A stretch of 64,000 bases of DNA from Oculina patagonica (taxonomy: Eukaryota), in the NCBI RefSeq assembly GCF_052425735.1, contig NC_135764.1, forward strand, positions 23,932,001 to 23,996,000, read 5' to 3'. The notes under the pieces are model-generated. The model ran no database searches. It saw only the letters and a list, made by a program, of their open reading frames with translations, and was not told the origin of the DNA. A program made the position numbers and the translations under genes. This document shows positions 1 through 11,654 of the stretch, piece by piece; positions within the stretch are counted from its first letter, which is position 1; each line of letters opens with the position of its first letter.

Positions 1-194
1 CAAACAGGGTTCAGACAGTGGCCAACTGTCACCCCCCTAAGGCGTCACCAGAATTTGTGAACTAAGAAATTAACTGCCACAATGACTTATATATTGTTCA
101 CTTTGTCACGTTTTTCACCTGTGGTGCCTCTTTCAAAGGCAATAAACACATACGCATGCGCTTTGAAAATCAAGTAAGAAATATATTTTTTTTT

Positions 195-960
195 CCATGC
201 CATAGAAAATACAACCAATCAGAAAACAGGAAAGCCGTTGTATATTCGACGGTATTCAACCCAACCTTCCCATCATGCGCTGCGATCTTATTCTTGATGA
301 AGTTTAGTAAGCGTATTTTCTATGGCATGGTATAAAATAGTTACACAACACTTTCTCGTGGTATACTATGGAATACCCCACTTGTCACTTGTATTTTCTT
401 TGTATACACACTCGCCTAAAGGCTCGTGTGTATACCGAGGAAATACAAGTGACTCGTGGGATATTCCATAGTATACCACTCGAAAGCGTTGCATAACTAG
501 TATATATAACCAGACCGTGCCAAGGTCTTCAGCAAAAACAATGTTGGCTACGTTCCATGCTTTTTTGCCAGTTATCAAAAAACTTTCTTCTCTTTATAGA
601 ACGAGATAAGACAAACTACATGATTTTGTTATTGCACAATACATACTAGTTATGCAACGCTTTCGAGTGGTATACTATGGAATATCCCACGAGTCACTTG
701 TATTTTCTCGGTATACACACGAGCCTTTAGGCGAGTGTGTATACGAAGAAAATACAAGTGACAAGTGGGATATTCCATAGTATACCACGAGAAAGTGTCG
801 TGTAACTATTTTATACCATGCCATAGAAAATACGCTCACTAAATTTTTTATCGAGAATAAGATCGCAGCGCACGATGGGAAGGTTGGGTTGAATACCGTC
901 GAATATACAACGGCTTTCCTGTGTTCTGATTGGCTGTATTTTCTATGGCATGGTATAAAA
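195..960. repeat. Two inverted copies (~195-501 and ~644-960) of a ~310-bp internally palindromic non-autonomous repeat
   Basis: ccatgccatagaaaatac...gcgttgcataactagta is the near reverse complement of tactagttatgcaacgc...gtattttctatggcatgg; each copy itself contains hairpins. Confidence 0.85.
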
Positions 961-1273
961 CTTAATATCAACCTTTTGTCCACTATTAAATCACCAACGC
1001 TTAATGATATTTTAGCGACTCTTCGTTTGCTTTCTATATATTTGTTCCTTTCTGTGCTATGTTTTAAGTTACTGTTGCTGTAAAGAGTTAATATTTGAAG
1101 CATTGGTTTTTGGCATTGAGTTAACTAAATTATTGAACTGTCTGGCGTTTATGATAATGATTCCGTCACACAAGATCGCCCACGAATAAAAAACATTAGC
1201 AAAATTATTACAGGCAGCCGCTTTGATGTCTTCCCTTTTGGGCAACCATTATTTTTGTGTCTGTAAATAGTCG

Positions 1274-1528
1274 TTATATTAAGCATTTTATCGCATTTAA
1301 GACATTTTTCTTTTGGTGTTTTTTGTGTTTCTCTTTTTTACAATGATACCTTTCATGTGTTCGAAGCGAGTGGCATTGTGTAAACGTTTTCTCGCAAGCT
1401 TCACATTTATAATCACGAAAAGACCAGACGCTTGATGATTTTTTTAATGTCTTACCGTCAATTGAAAGATATTTTTTCCACATCCTTGACAGACTTTTGT
1501 TTTGGAAGACAATAACATTCACTTTCAC
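1274..1528 (-). other. Isolated C2H2 zinc-finger coding fragment, probably mobile-element or pseudogene derived
   Basis: YKCEACEKTFTQCHSLRTHERYH fits C-x2-C-x3-F-x5-L-x2-H-x3-H; no gene context found. Confidence 0.45.
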
Positions 1529-2108
1529 ATAAACAAATCAAAAAACATTCGTTTGAATCAAACTGTCTTGCTGCGGCTCCAGTGGCCGCGGTTGGCGCGG
1601 ACTCGCTCAAAGCCATTACCGAGTAGGCTACAATGCAAGAAAGGGCGATTTTTTAGGTTTTATTGGTGAAAAATCGTTATATATAAATGAACACCAGCTG
1701 AAAAAAGAGTTTACTTCAGAGGTGTTATTTGTTTGACCCCGGCATTACTACTCTTGAAGTTTTGATTATCAATAAAAAGGCGTTTGGGATGTCTCTTCAG
1801 AGCTTTGGTAACGTACGTTTCATAATTCGGCTCTTTCACGATATATTGTTTTAGATAAAGTAAAGATAAAGTTTTGACTTCTTAATTATAAAAAAAAAAT
1901 CACTGAATGCTCAACGGTTTTCAATAAAAGAAGGCAAAAAGGTAAATTATTACCAGTATCTTCCATGTCAGTCAGATTTGGGTGTGGTGATTTAGATGTC
2001 ATGCGTCGGTGCAAATGATTTAAAGGAATAATGGTATAAATGTAACTTGCAGCCCTGACACCTTCGCGATCTTTGATCTTGTTGCCAGTTGATTACGCAG
2101 TGGACACT

Positions 2109-4969
2109 ATGGATTTATTTTGCAAGTACGTATATTAGTCGTGTATTTACTAAATTGGAACTTGTTGTTCCAATAACAGTTGTTAACTGTTATTCAGAAT
2201 AACAGTTGTTAACTGTTATTCTTACATTCTTCAACATATTTCTTTCTTCTTATGGGTGTTTTTTTATTACTTCTTTTCCTTTTTTAATATAAGATTATAA
2301 TCGCATGTTTGCTGGCTTTTTTGGAAGTGGGATCAAGCTGGCGTCAGACGCCTCCAATGTTCTGGAGCCTCCGCTCACAGTTCAGACACAACAAACCCCG
2401 TATTGGTGGTAGTCTTGTTAGGATTGACACCGATCAATGTAAAGTATCTCCAACGGGGAGGCGGCAGTGTAAAGCTAAATGCAATGGCTCGTCTACCAGA
2501 GACCCTCAAACGAGTAAGTGAAATAAACACGTCCAGTTTTCGTGTGCTTTACTGAACGCTTTGCTATTGAGAATGATTTACCTATTAATGATTTATGAGT
2601 TTCTTAGAAATACCTTAACAGAAAATAAATAACACAATTGCGAAGAGAGGAAATTGTGTAAAAAGGAAAAAAAAAGTACTGAAAACAGGTTGACAGAAGG
2701 TGGCATCCTGGATAAATAAAGGTCGTATTGTGCTGCTGTATGCAATATATAGTTGTACGAAAGTAAGTGTACTTACTTGGTGGGAAACTGCTTTTATAGT
2801 TATTGACACTCGTATAGAGGGTACTTATTATCATGCTATATATTTTTTATTTTATTTTAACTATTGTAAAGATATCCCTTAGACTTTCCTTTTAGCCGTA
2901 ATATTAACATAGAGTATATATGTGAATAGCTTATTTAACAGGTGAAAGTTGCCTTTGAAACGAGTGAGCTATCTGCAGTTAATTCTTATGCATTGAAATA
3001 GCAATTGCAAAAGACCTTATGTGTTTTGACAAGGAAAATCTAGATTCTTCATAATTGAACCATTTTAAGTAGTCCTCCAATCAAAAATCGGCATTACGGT
3101 CACTTGTCTGCCAAACATTTGCTATGTGGGAGGGTAACATATTCAACAGAAACCAATGGAACTGTTTGCACGACCTGTTCACGTGAACTGCTACGAATTG
3201 AACTATTCTCGCACGACCTGTTCACGTGCATTGATGACGCAAATTTAATTTTAGATTAGCTTACACACCGAGTACTTGTACTGAGTACTAGTAACTGTAC
3301 TCGACGTGTAGTATGTGGTTGTATCGAAATAATCTTTAAAAAATATTCATAACTCAAGTCTTTGAGCTTTAACAGTACTTTCGGCAAATTCGCACTCAGG
3401 GCCAAAAGAAGAGTAACATTCTAAAAAGATGTCTAACGTAAAACGGTTATTATTAAAGCATATAATCACTGAAGCGCGATATTTAGCAATGTAAACACAT
3501 CACCACCTAACGATACATTTCCCCGTTGCTAACATCGATTCAAAACTTACTTTTTCGATGTAATTAAACGCGTACTGGACTCATCTGCGCCCAGGACTCG
3601 ACTTTTAATATTTCTCTCAACGTACGGTCTTTTCCAATATTAGAGTCTCGACTTAAACATATGGCCATATTGGGGTTGGGTGAATCAACAGGTGCAAGTT
3701 GTTAACATAAAACGGGAAGAAAAGTACCGTTTCGCATGGAACTGTTTTGAGGAATGTATCCCGATCCTTTCAAATAGTCTCTTTATGTCCTCAATAAACT
3801 ATTATTTCACGGATTAAAGAAGGAGAATGATTTGGAGGCGTTTTTTTAATAAAATTATTTTTTATTTTATTTTTAATTAATTTTTCCATTGAGGTACATG
3901 TGAGTTAATTATAGGAATTATCCCTGGTGCAATATTTTTAAGTGGATTCTCAGTTGCTCCTGCATTTGTACAATTTTATGACGTACTTTGCCATCTTAAG
4001 ATTTTTGCTGATCCGGGTCTATATATTTAATAGATACGGCACTCTTCATTGGTTTTTCGTCGTGGTCCTGCCTATATTAGGGGTTTTGAACGCAAAATGA
4101 ATAACCGGGTAGCTCCGCTTTAATGCTTCAATATTTTAAAGTGGGTTCTTAGTTGTGCCTGCATGTGTACAATTGTATGACGTGTTTTCCATCCACCGAC
4201 ATGCATTCAAACGTGACAATGCCTAAATGTAATTTGTTTACAGGGTTTTCGTTTGTTAAAATACGAGAAAGAATGTGCATTCAATTCACTGACGAACGAG
4301 ACGGTACCAAGTATGCACTGAAGGTTATCAACGGGATGAATGTCGCTTTTGAGGTGATTTACATAAACAACAAATTGAACAACAAACTAAAATCGACTTT
4401 AATTATACGCAGTCAGCCAAAGATCAGTTGTGTGCATATACACTCAATTTAAAATTGCAAGACATTTCAAACTTTTGTAAAAACCAGTCATTCATTCATA
4501 TCAATAGGTAGCTGAAAAGTCAAGTTACCTAATTATGAGAGGTTCTGTTTTCGATTGTTATTCAATAAATATCGTTACTTGCCTCCTTTGCTTTAATTTA
4601 CAGGTGCACCAGTGCGACAGTACAACTGAAGAGAATTTCCTGTTTGACCAAGAAAGAGTTGGAAGACTTTATCAATATAAACACATAGATATTAGCGGCA
4701 CAATGCAATTGGGCGTACCTAGGAACTGTGATGAAAACTTATCCCTTATAAGTACAACTAAACTAGATAGGCGTTGTTCGTTTAAAAAAACTCAAACGAA
4801 GATGACTTCCAAAAACGGTTTAGCAAATTGCAAATTCTTGTTAAACGAATTCTTCCAACACTTTATTCCGGTTATGGGTTTGTCAAAATTAGTTTATTGC
4901 AACCATACTAATTTTACGCCCTCTGGAACGATTCGCAGTTTCACCAATATTCTTTTATTTACTTACTAA
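2109..4969 (+). pseudogene. Beta-trefoil (FGF/IL-1-like) secreted protein gene, copy A1, probably disrupted; exons 2109-2125, 2294-2513, 4244-4353, 4604-(4805/4969)
   Basis: GT-AG exons colinear with intact A2/A3. Exon 1 lacks 7 nt relative to A2 (atggattta-------ttttgcaa), so the ATG is out of frame with exon 2. An extra A in tttaaaaaaactc (~4784-4790) bypasses the stop used by paralogs. First conserved Cys is Arg (NKPRIGG). TATAAA at 2035-2040. Confidence 0.75.
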
Positions 4970-5439
4970 AATTGTTTACCTACTTTTGCTTTTTTGCGAT
5001 TTTTTATTTGTTTGTTTTCCTCATTAAGGCAATATTTTATTTTAATTTGTATTACAATAGTTCACAATAAAACAGTGAGAAATATAGATTTCTTTGTTTG
5101 CTTCAATACCAAACAAACTTATTGCACTTTATAGAGTATCGCTCGCTGATAATACTCACTAATCTATATTCTCAGCTGATAAACCACAAAATTACACAGT
5201 TCTGACCTAGTTCTTTGACTCAGTTTTTAGGTACTTGTTCTGTTGGTCCTTCGGTACGCTTTTTGGTCTTCCTTGCTAAAAAATGTATCCTTGTCGTCTG
5301 ATTTTAGCCAACTCGGCCTACGGCCTCTTTGGCGAAGTATCAGGTGATATTCCGCGCGATTTCGCAGAATAATTGTTAAATATGCGTTGTTGTTTTCACT
5401 GAATATAATGCTCATGTTGTTTACATTCTTCACACCCAT

Positions 5440-6687
5440 GAGGGTGCTAATGGGGGTACCCAATTGTCAGTTAACTACTAATTTTTTCACCAATTGTCAG
5501 TTAACTACTAATTCTAGTTATTTATTAACTTTCATTTTCTTACAGCGAAAATTATTGCGCCATAACCTGAATTTTCTTTACTTCACCACGCCAGTGATAA
5601 AAAATAGAATGACAGGCATGCACGACTCTCATGCACGTGTGCTAACCATTTTCGATTCATAGGTTCGGTCTCACGAGTCTATCTTTGAGATACCTACACC
5701 TTTTGTATAATATTAGGGAAGGTACTTCGAATATTTTTAGAGCAATCGTTCTTGTATTAAAAGCCAATTTTTCAGGAGTATTTGCTTCAAGTTTGGTCTG
5801 TGTTTGGTACTGCTGGTTGGTATTGCGTTACAAAAGCCAAGATTTTTTTCGTTTGTTTTAAGTTTTGTTGGAGTGCCTGCTTCCTGTTTTCAACGTTTTC
5901 AAAATTAACTTCCGTGGGAGTTCTTTGGACTAAGCTTTCTGGGTAACCTCTCTCGATAAGATGTGATTGGAAGTGCTTGATTTTTTCCTCAAATTTTGTT
6001 TTAAAGGAATTTGCTGTAAGCAGCATGCAGTCTTAAGGCCTTACCTTTGATGAACTCCTGGTGGTTGACACGATGAGTAATAAGTATATTAAAATGTTTC
6101 AGTGGGCTTGTAATCGGTGCGTATGTCAAGTACTTATTCGTATGATTTGACCGCCATTTAGTGCCTATGGCAGCTCGGTGTGTTTGCACTGAGATCAAAC
6201 TTTTCCGCTTGTCGTTCGATTTCCATGAATTCAAATCCATCAAATGTTTACGAGTCATGTCCATTAAATTGTGCTTTGCCATGTTGAACAGTACGCGACC
6301 TCTGGTCACCTCTGTGTCGTTTGATTGCCGATCCTTTGTCATCATCTCGATAAAAACTCAGAATTACTTTGACCACGCCCCACTCGACGCCATCACGGAG
6401 ATTAACATGTGCCTGGTACGACCCTGGTACCTTTCGCATGTAAAATCTGTTAATATTTCACCTGGTAACGCAGCGGGACAGGTAAATGTCACAAAAATAG
6501 CCTTCCTGTCAGGAAAAACTTGGTTTCTTTATTAACAACAACGATCATATTCAGAAAAGTTGATAGAATGTCAGTTAACTGTTAACGTTTCATGTATCAG
6601 TTAACTACTAATTTTTTGGCCAAATATCAGTTAACTACTATTTTTTTGGCCAATTGTCAGTTAGCTGTCAACCCCATTAGCACCCTC
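5440..6687. mobile_element. Non-autonomous TIR DNA element with 6-bp target duplication
   Basis: 16-bp TIR GAGGGTGCTAATGGGG / CCCCATTAGCACCCTC, ACCCAT on both flanks (5434-5439, 6688-6693), subterminal repeats tcagttaactacta at both ends. Confidence 0.85.
5795..6056 (-). mobile_element. Penelope-like retroelement fragment nested in the TIR element
   Basis: Frameshifted FIKGKALRL..ANS.KTKFEEKIKHFQSHLIERGYPESLVQ...ILAFVTQYQPAVPN resembles the region C-terminal to Penelope-type RT. Confidence 0.65.
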
Positions 6688-9201
6688 ACCCATGGCCAGT
6701 GGACGCTGCCATCAGTCGAACGAAGTCGTACATGCGTAGTTAATGCTAGTTGCTAATCAACACTCATCAAAATCTCTTGGTTATTTGTCATTTATTCTCG
6801 ACGTTTTTACTGAGTGTACAGATATCATGAATAAAATTTCTTTCGTCTGTCGGCCCTTAAATTTGGTTGGCCACAAGGATTGCATCTTCTGTGTATTTAT
6901 ACTCGAATGAACACACTGAATAAAAAGGAATTCACTTGTTTTATAAATTAACTTGATAAAAGCTTTGAAGAATTCGATTTTAATCGATGACCGATGACTG
7001 AGCTATTTGTTTCCTTTTGCGTCATTCTCTTTTTACGTAGCAGACAAACGTAAACCACCCACACGTATGCACCCATGATGGAGGCAATTCCTTAACTTGA
7101 GATGGCAAAAAACACGAAACATGATGATCGAAAACCGTCTCATATATAATGAAAGCTAGGGAAAATATGGTAGAATATCAGCCCATGTGTAAAGCTGAGT
7201 CACGTCCCATGGATATTTTTATTTAGCGTTTAAAACAATGTAAATATCATGCATAATATCGAAATTTTAGCTTAGAAGCCGTTGGTATATTTTCTCTACG
7301 GGTGCTTAGTAAACTCAGGCAGAGGTTTGTGAAAGGTTTTTTTTCCAGGCAATTTTTTCTTCTAAAATAAAATAGTAAGGTGTCTATTGAACGCATTCAA
7401 GTGTTTTTTCGTTGCTATTCACAACAAACATGTTTCGACATTCCATTATTGACAAATGACAAATTGCGGTTTAAATAATGTGAACTAGTGTAAAATATCT
7501 AGGTCAGCTTTTGATTTTGGTATTCCGAAACTTTACCTTACTCATACTGCCTCAAATACTTTCGTTTCGCATTTTCGCACACTGCATGCTTCATGTAATG
7601 TTATCAGTTGAAAGAAACCGAAATATTTCCAAATTTCAGTACTGTAACAACAAGATAATCAAAAAAGAGAGTTCTTTAATTTGTACTTAATTTTTTTGCT
7701 ACCTTTTTTATTAAACGGGGCAATGTCTTAGCATTTGTTCTGGGCTTTAGACAGAACTGGATGGAAAAATCGTGCAATTTTCCGGTGTAGAAAGTGGGAC
7801 GTTTTGCTTCTGGAGCAAGTTCTCACCCTAGCCCTAATGTATAGAGAGCTCCATCTTGTAGCCTTCTCGCTTGTCTCGTTTTTATTTTTTTTTTGTTAAA
7901 AATTTCACAGATAACAAACGGCAGAAGGCCTAGGTGCACGGCCGTCGCGTGATTTTCCGTCTGATTGACAACATATCCTTGTAACTAGCCACAACCACTT
8001 TTGCAATATTGGATGGGTTTATCTTAAAAGACGTATAACATGTCTGAGAAATATCAATATAAATACGGAATATAAGAGAAGTATTTTTCGACTTCCTCTT
8101 TTAAGTGGCCACTCTCTTGGAAATGGCTAATAGCCGCTCAATAGAGGTTCCTCAGAAATTAGCGTAAGGCCTTTTATGCAATAACGCGTGCAAAGGAATC
8201 ACGGAATCATATGAAGACGATAATGAACTTTTGTTTGAATGATTTTATTAGTCGTCCCCTTCTATTTTAGTTTCTTATCCGTCAAGAGCTTTTTGAAAAC
8301 AAAACCAAACTTTGTACACTACATTCTTGCTAACCGCAAAATATGGGATAAAAACAATAGAAGAACTCTCATCGGGCCGCCAAAAGGTGGTTGCGGCCGC
8401 TTAATAGACGTGGCTGATTTATAGGTGGTTTATTTACGGCAATGGAGCTAACTGGTAATCCCGTTTTGATTAACAGCTACATTTGTGAGATTCCAATCAT
8501 TTTCCCAGCGCGATGAAAAGTTTTAAAAAAGTATTTAAGTTAATAAAGTGTCGAAAACAGGATCGAACAATACCTCATCAGGTGATGATTTCGAGAAAAA
8601 GTTGCTTTGAAAACAGATTTACTTTTACCTGAAATTAAGTACAGTAAGAAACAAAAAACGTGAAAAAGTGAAAATTGTCGATATGTGCTATTTAGATTAA
8701 ACGAATACACTGACATATAAGGCACGTGCAGTGTGCTTTTGAAACATTTGAATATTTATTTTGCAAAATAGAATAAAGGTCTTACTGTACCTTGTTCAAA
8801 ATTATTTTCCAGCTTTTATGTTACGTACGAAGTTGATTCAATCAGCCAGAGTTAACCAGATATCTTTATCTTTGTTATAATTTTTAGGCAGATTTATTTT
8901 TATACTTTTTCATTCCGGATACATTATTCAGCAAATTGTTTCACAGTTCAGTTGTTGAAACGCTATCTTAGTGATAGTTGAAAAGTATTTAAGTTATTTC
9001 TATTTCTTTTGTTGTCAATATGTTCTGATTGTGGGCCTTATAGTTGTGGTCTTAAAGCGTCAGAATTCCGAAGTTCCTACATTTAAAATAAGTAGTACAA
9101 ATATAAAGAAAGACATAATGCCATAAGTATAGGCCTGAACAGACCTAAAACGTTTGAAGTACCTTTTCTTACTGAGACGTTTGGAAAAGCTAGAGAGAAC
9201 T

Positions 9202-11654
9202 ATGGATTTAACCCATATTTTCCTAGTAAGTATCGTCAACTTTAAGATCTATATATTCCCTTTGATGGAATATATGTCCCTTTGTTACAAGTCCATTTCA
9301 AGTAAGCATTCAGTTTGATTGGAATGTAATGTGAAACAAAAAAACATTGTGGATAGCTCAACTTAAAAGCTCACTGAAGCATCGATAACAATAGTTTTCG
9401 TGGTCTTTTAACAATGCATGTCTTTATCCGTAGACTCTAGTAGGGTGCCTCCTGGTTCGCGTAAAAGTCAGATCAAGCTGGCAGCGGTCATCTACAATCG
9501 TCAAAAGTCTCCGTTCACATTTTAGGCAAACAGACTCTGCAGTGGAGGGAATCTTATTAAAATTAACATCGATCAATGTGAACTTTCTTCAGCCGGGAAG
9601 AGACAGTGCGAAGCAAAATGCAATGGATGGTCCACCAGGGACCCTCACGCAAGTAAGTAAAAAATACATGTGTTATGTATACTACGTGTTCTATCTGATG
9701 TATTTACAGCCAAAGAATTAATTAAACATTGGGTTGGCGTACAATTTATGTAGTTATAAAGTTTTCTCAGAAATACAACACATATCTTCAGAAACGACAA
9801 AACATACATTAGCTAGCAAACTACTTAAATTCCAGAGATTACACGAGCTACATGAACCAACGCCACCTTAACCGGCGAGAACAGTTTTCACTCTGGCCAA
9901 TCACAAAGGACACAGGTCGACACAGCCAATCCATTGATCTAATCGAAACTCGGGGCAAATACATGTAGTCTGGACGAAGCGCGGAAAAATATATGAGAGC
10001 GAGTTACGATTTTAGTTTCACTTCTGATTGGCTGTGAAAGTGGGCGAGATTTTTTCAACCAACCACTAAGCTTAGTAATGAAAAACCAAAGAAAACGCGA
10101 ATTACTTTCGACACTCAAGTGAAAACCTATAAAACAGGGACAAGTAAGACTACGCAAACTACATGACCTGCACGTCAAACTACATAAATTGGTAAATTGC
10201 AAGCAAAAAAAAAAGGATAAGGGAACCACATGTCTAAAAGAAGTTTATGAATGCCACCTTGAAATATATAAGGACGAACAGGAGTCACATGAAATATGCA
10301 AACTAACGAAACTGTGAACTACAAAACTGCATAAACGACATGGACAACAGGAACTACGTCAAACGCCTTCTACATCAACTACAAATCCATAAAGGTCGTG
10401 AAGTTCGAGTGAGTATAGTAGCTTTTAACGTGCGTCGGAATGAGTAGCTTTTTACGTAATCACGAGACTACGACAGCTAATTTCCACTTTTGGCTAATCA
10501 GTACATTTTTTTATCAAAGAATTTACAATTTTGGAAAGCAGAGGAAAAAAGTGCATTCAATACACTGATGTTGAAGACGGTACTAAATATGCACTGAAGG
10601 TCATAAATGGAACAAATATTACGTTTGAGATGAGTTAAATCAGCCCAAGTAATCAGACGAAAATTAATTTTCAAGTGGAAATTCTCAGGCAATTTTATGA
10701 AATGAAATGATAGTTAAAATATATAAGAGAGTTTATACACCAACTCGTGAGCATTTTCGGTTGTTTGACTACTTAAAGTTTACCGTAAAAGATTTATATT
10801 TTTTATGTATTTTCTTAACACCATTTGCTCTTCTTTCATAGACACCATAACAATTATTAAAACACTTAAACGTTTACCTTGCACTGCGCACCTATTTCGG
10901 TATTTTGAGATTACATGGAACATCAAAGAGATGGCGAAAAAAAACTTCTAAAACATATGAAATGACCAAATTATGTATCTACATGCATGGTGTCACGTTA
11001 AGGGTTGGCGAAAAAGGCTCGAGAACTACGCCCTTAATTTTTTTTTTAGCTTCCAGGGGGTCTATAACCATTTATTTATACAAAACCACCTCAATCACAG
11101 AGAATTAAGATTCCATAAGCCATTTTAAAGACTTCATTATTTTACGTTGTGACTATATCCGACTGAAGAGGGTACCAGAGCCATGGATGCCTGACAGCAT
11201 TGCTCGCTGAACACTGATCGGGCTGGGGCTAGCTAGTAGCAAAATAGAGGGAGGTCAGGTGGTGGTGGTGGAACGTGATCTCAAGCCCTTGTTTAGTTGA
11301 GCGAAAATCAAAATATAGTATCTTGGTCGTCAGTTGGCAACCAGCAAGAAATTTTACATTTTTACATTGTTTATTGACCAGATGTTTATTTAATTTCATT
11401 TACAGGAAAAAGCGCGATGCGACAGTACAATTGGATTTGCCTTCCTGTTTGAAGAAGAAAAAGTTGGTGGACTCTTTAAATATAAATACACGACTACAAA
11501 TACAGCGATGTACCTGGGAGTGAGCAGCGACTGCGATGGAAACTTATCTCTAATCAACAGCACGAACAATCGGGATAGACGCTGTACATTTAAAGTTCTA
11601 GCCAGACGAAGTCGGAGTCGACGCATTAAGTCCAGGCATGCATTGGGCCAGTGA
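9202..11654 (+). pseudogene. Beta-trefoil secreted protein gene, copy B1, pseudogene; exons 9202-9225, 9434-9652, 10520-10629, 11406-11654
   Basis: MDLTHIFL|TLVGCLLVRVKVRSSWQ... colinear with intact B3. 1-nt deletion at ~9528-9530 (caaacaga vs caaaacaaa) shifts the frame; exon-3 donor is ATGAGT instead of GTGAG; last exon EKARCDSTIGFAFLFEEEKVG...MYLGVSSDCDGNLSL...DRRCTFKVL is open. Confidence 0.85.

Noticed and set aside
4806-4969. Extended C-terminus of ORF 4535-4969 as a real domain
   Set aside because: Arises from +1 A in a homopolymer; the sequence aligns to the 3' UTR of A2 and A3
5461-6670. Repeated tcagttaactacta units as a CRISPR-like array
   Set aside because: Subterminal repeats of a TIR element in a eukaryote; no unique spacers or cas genes
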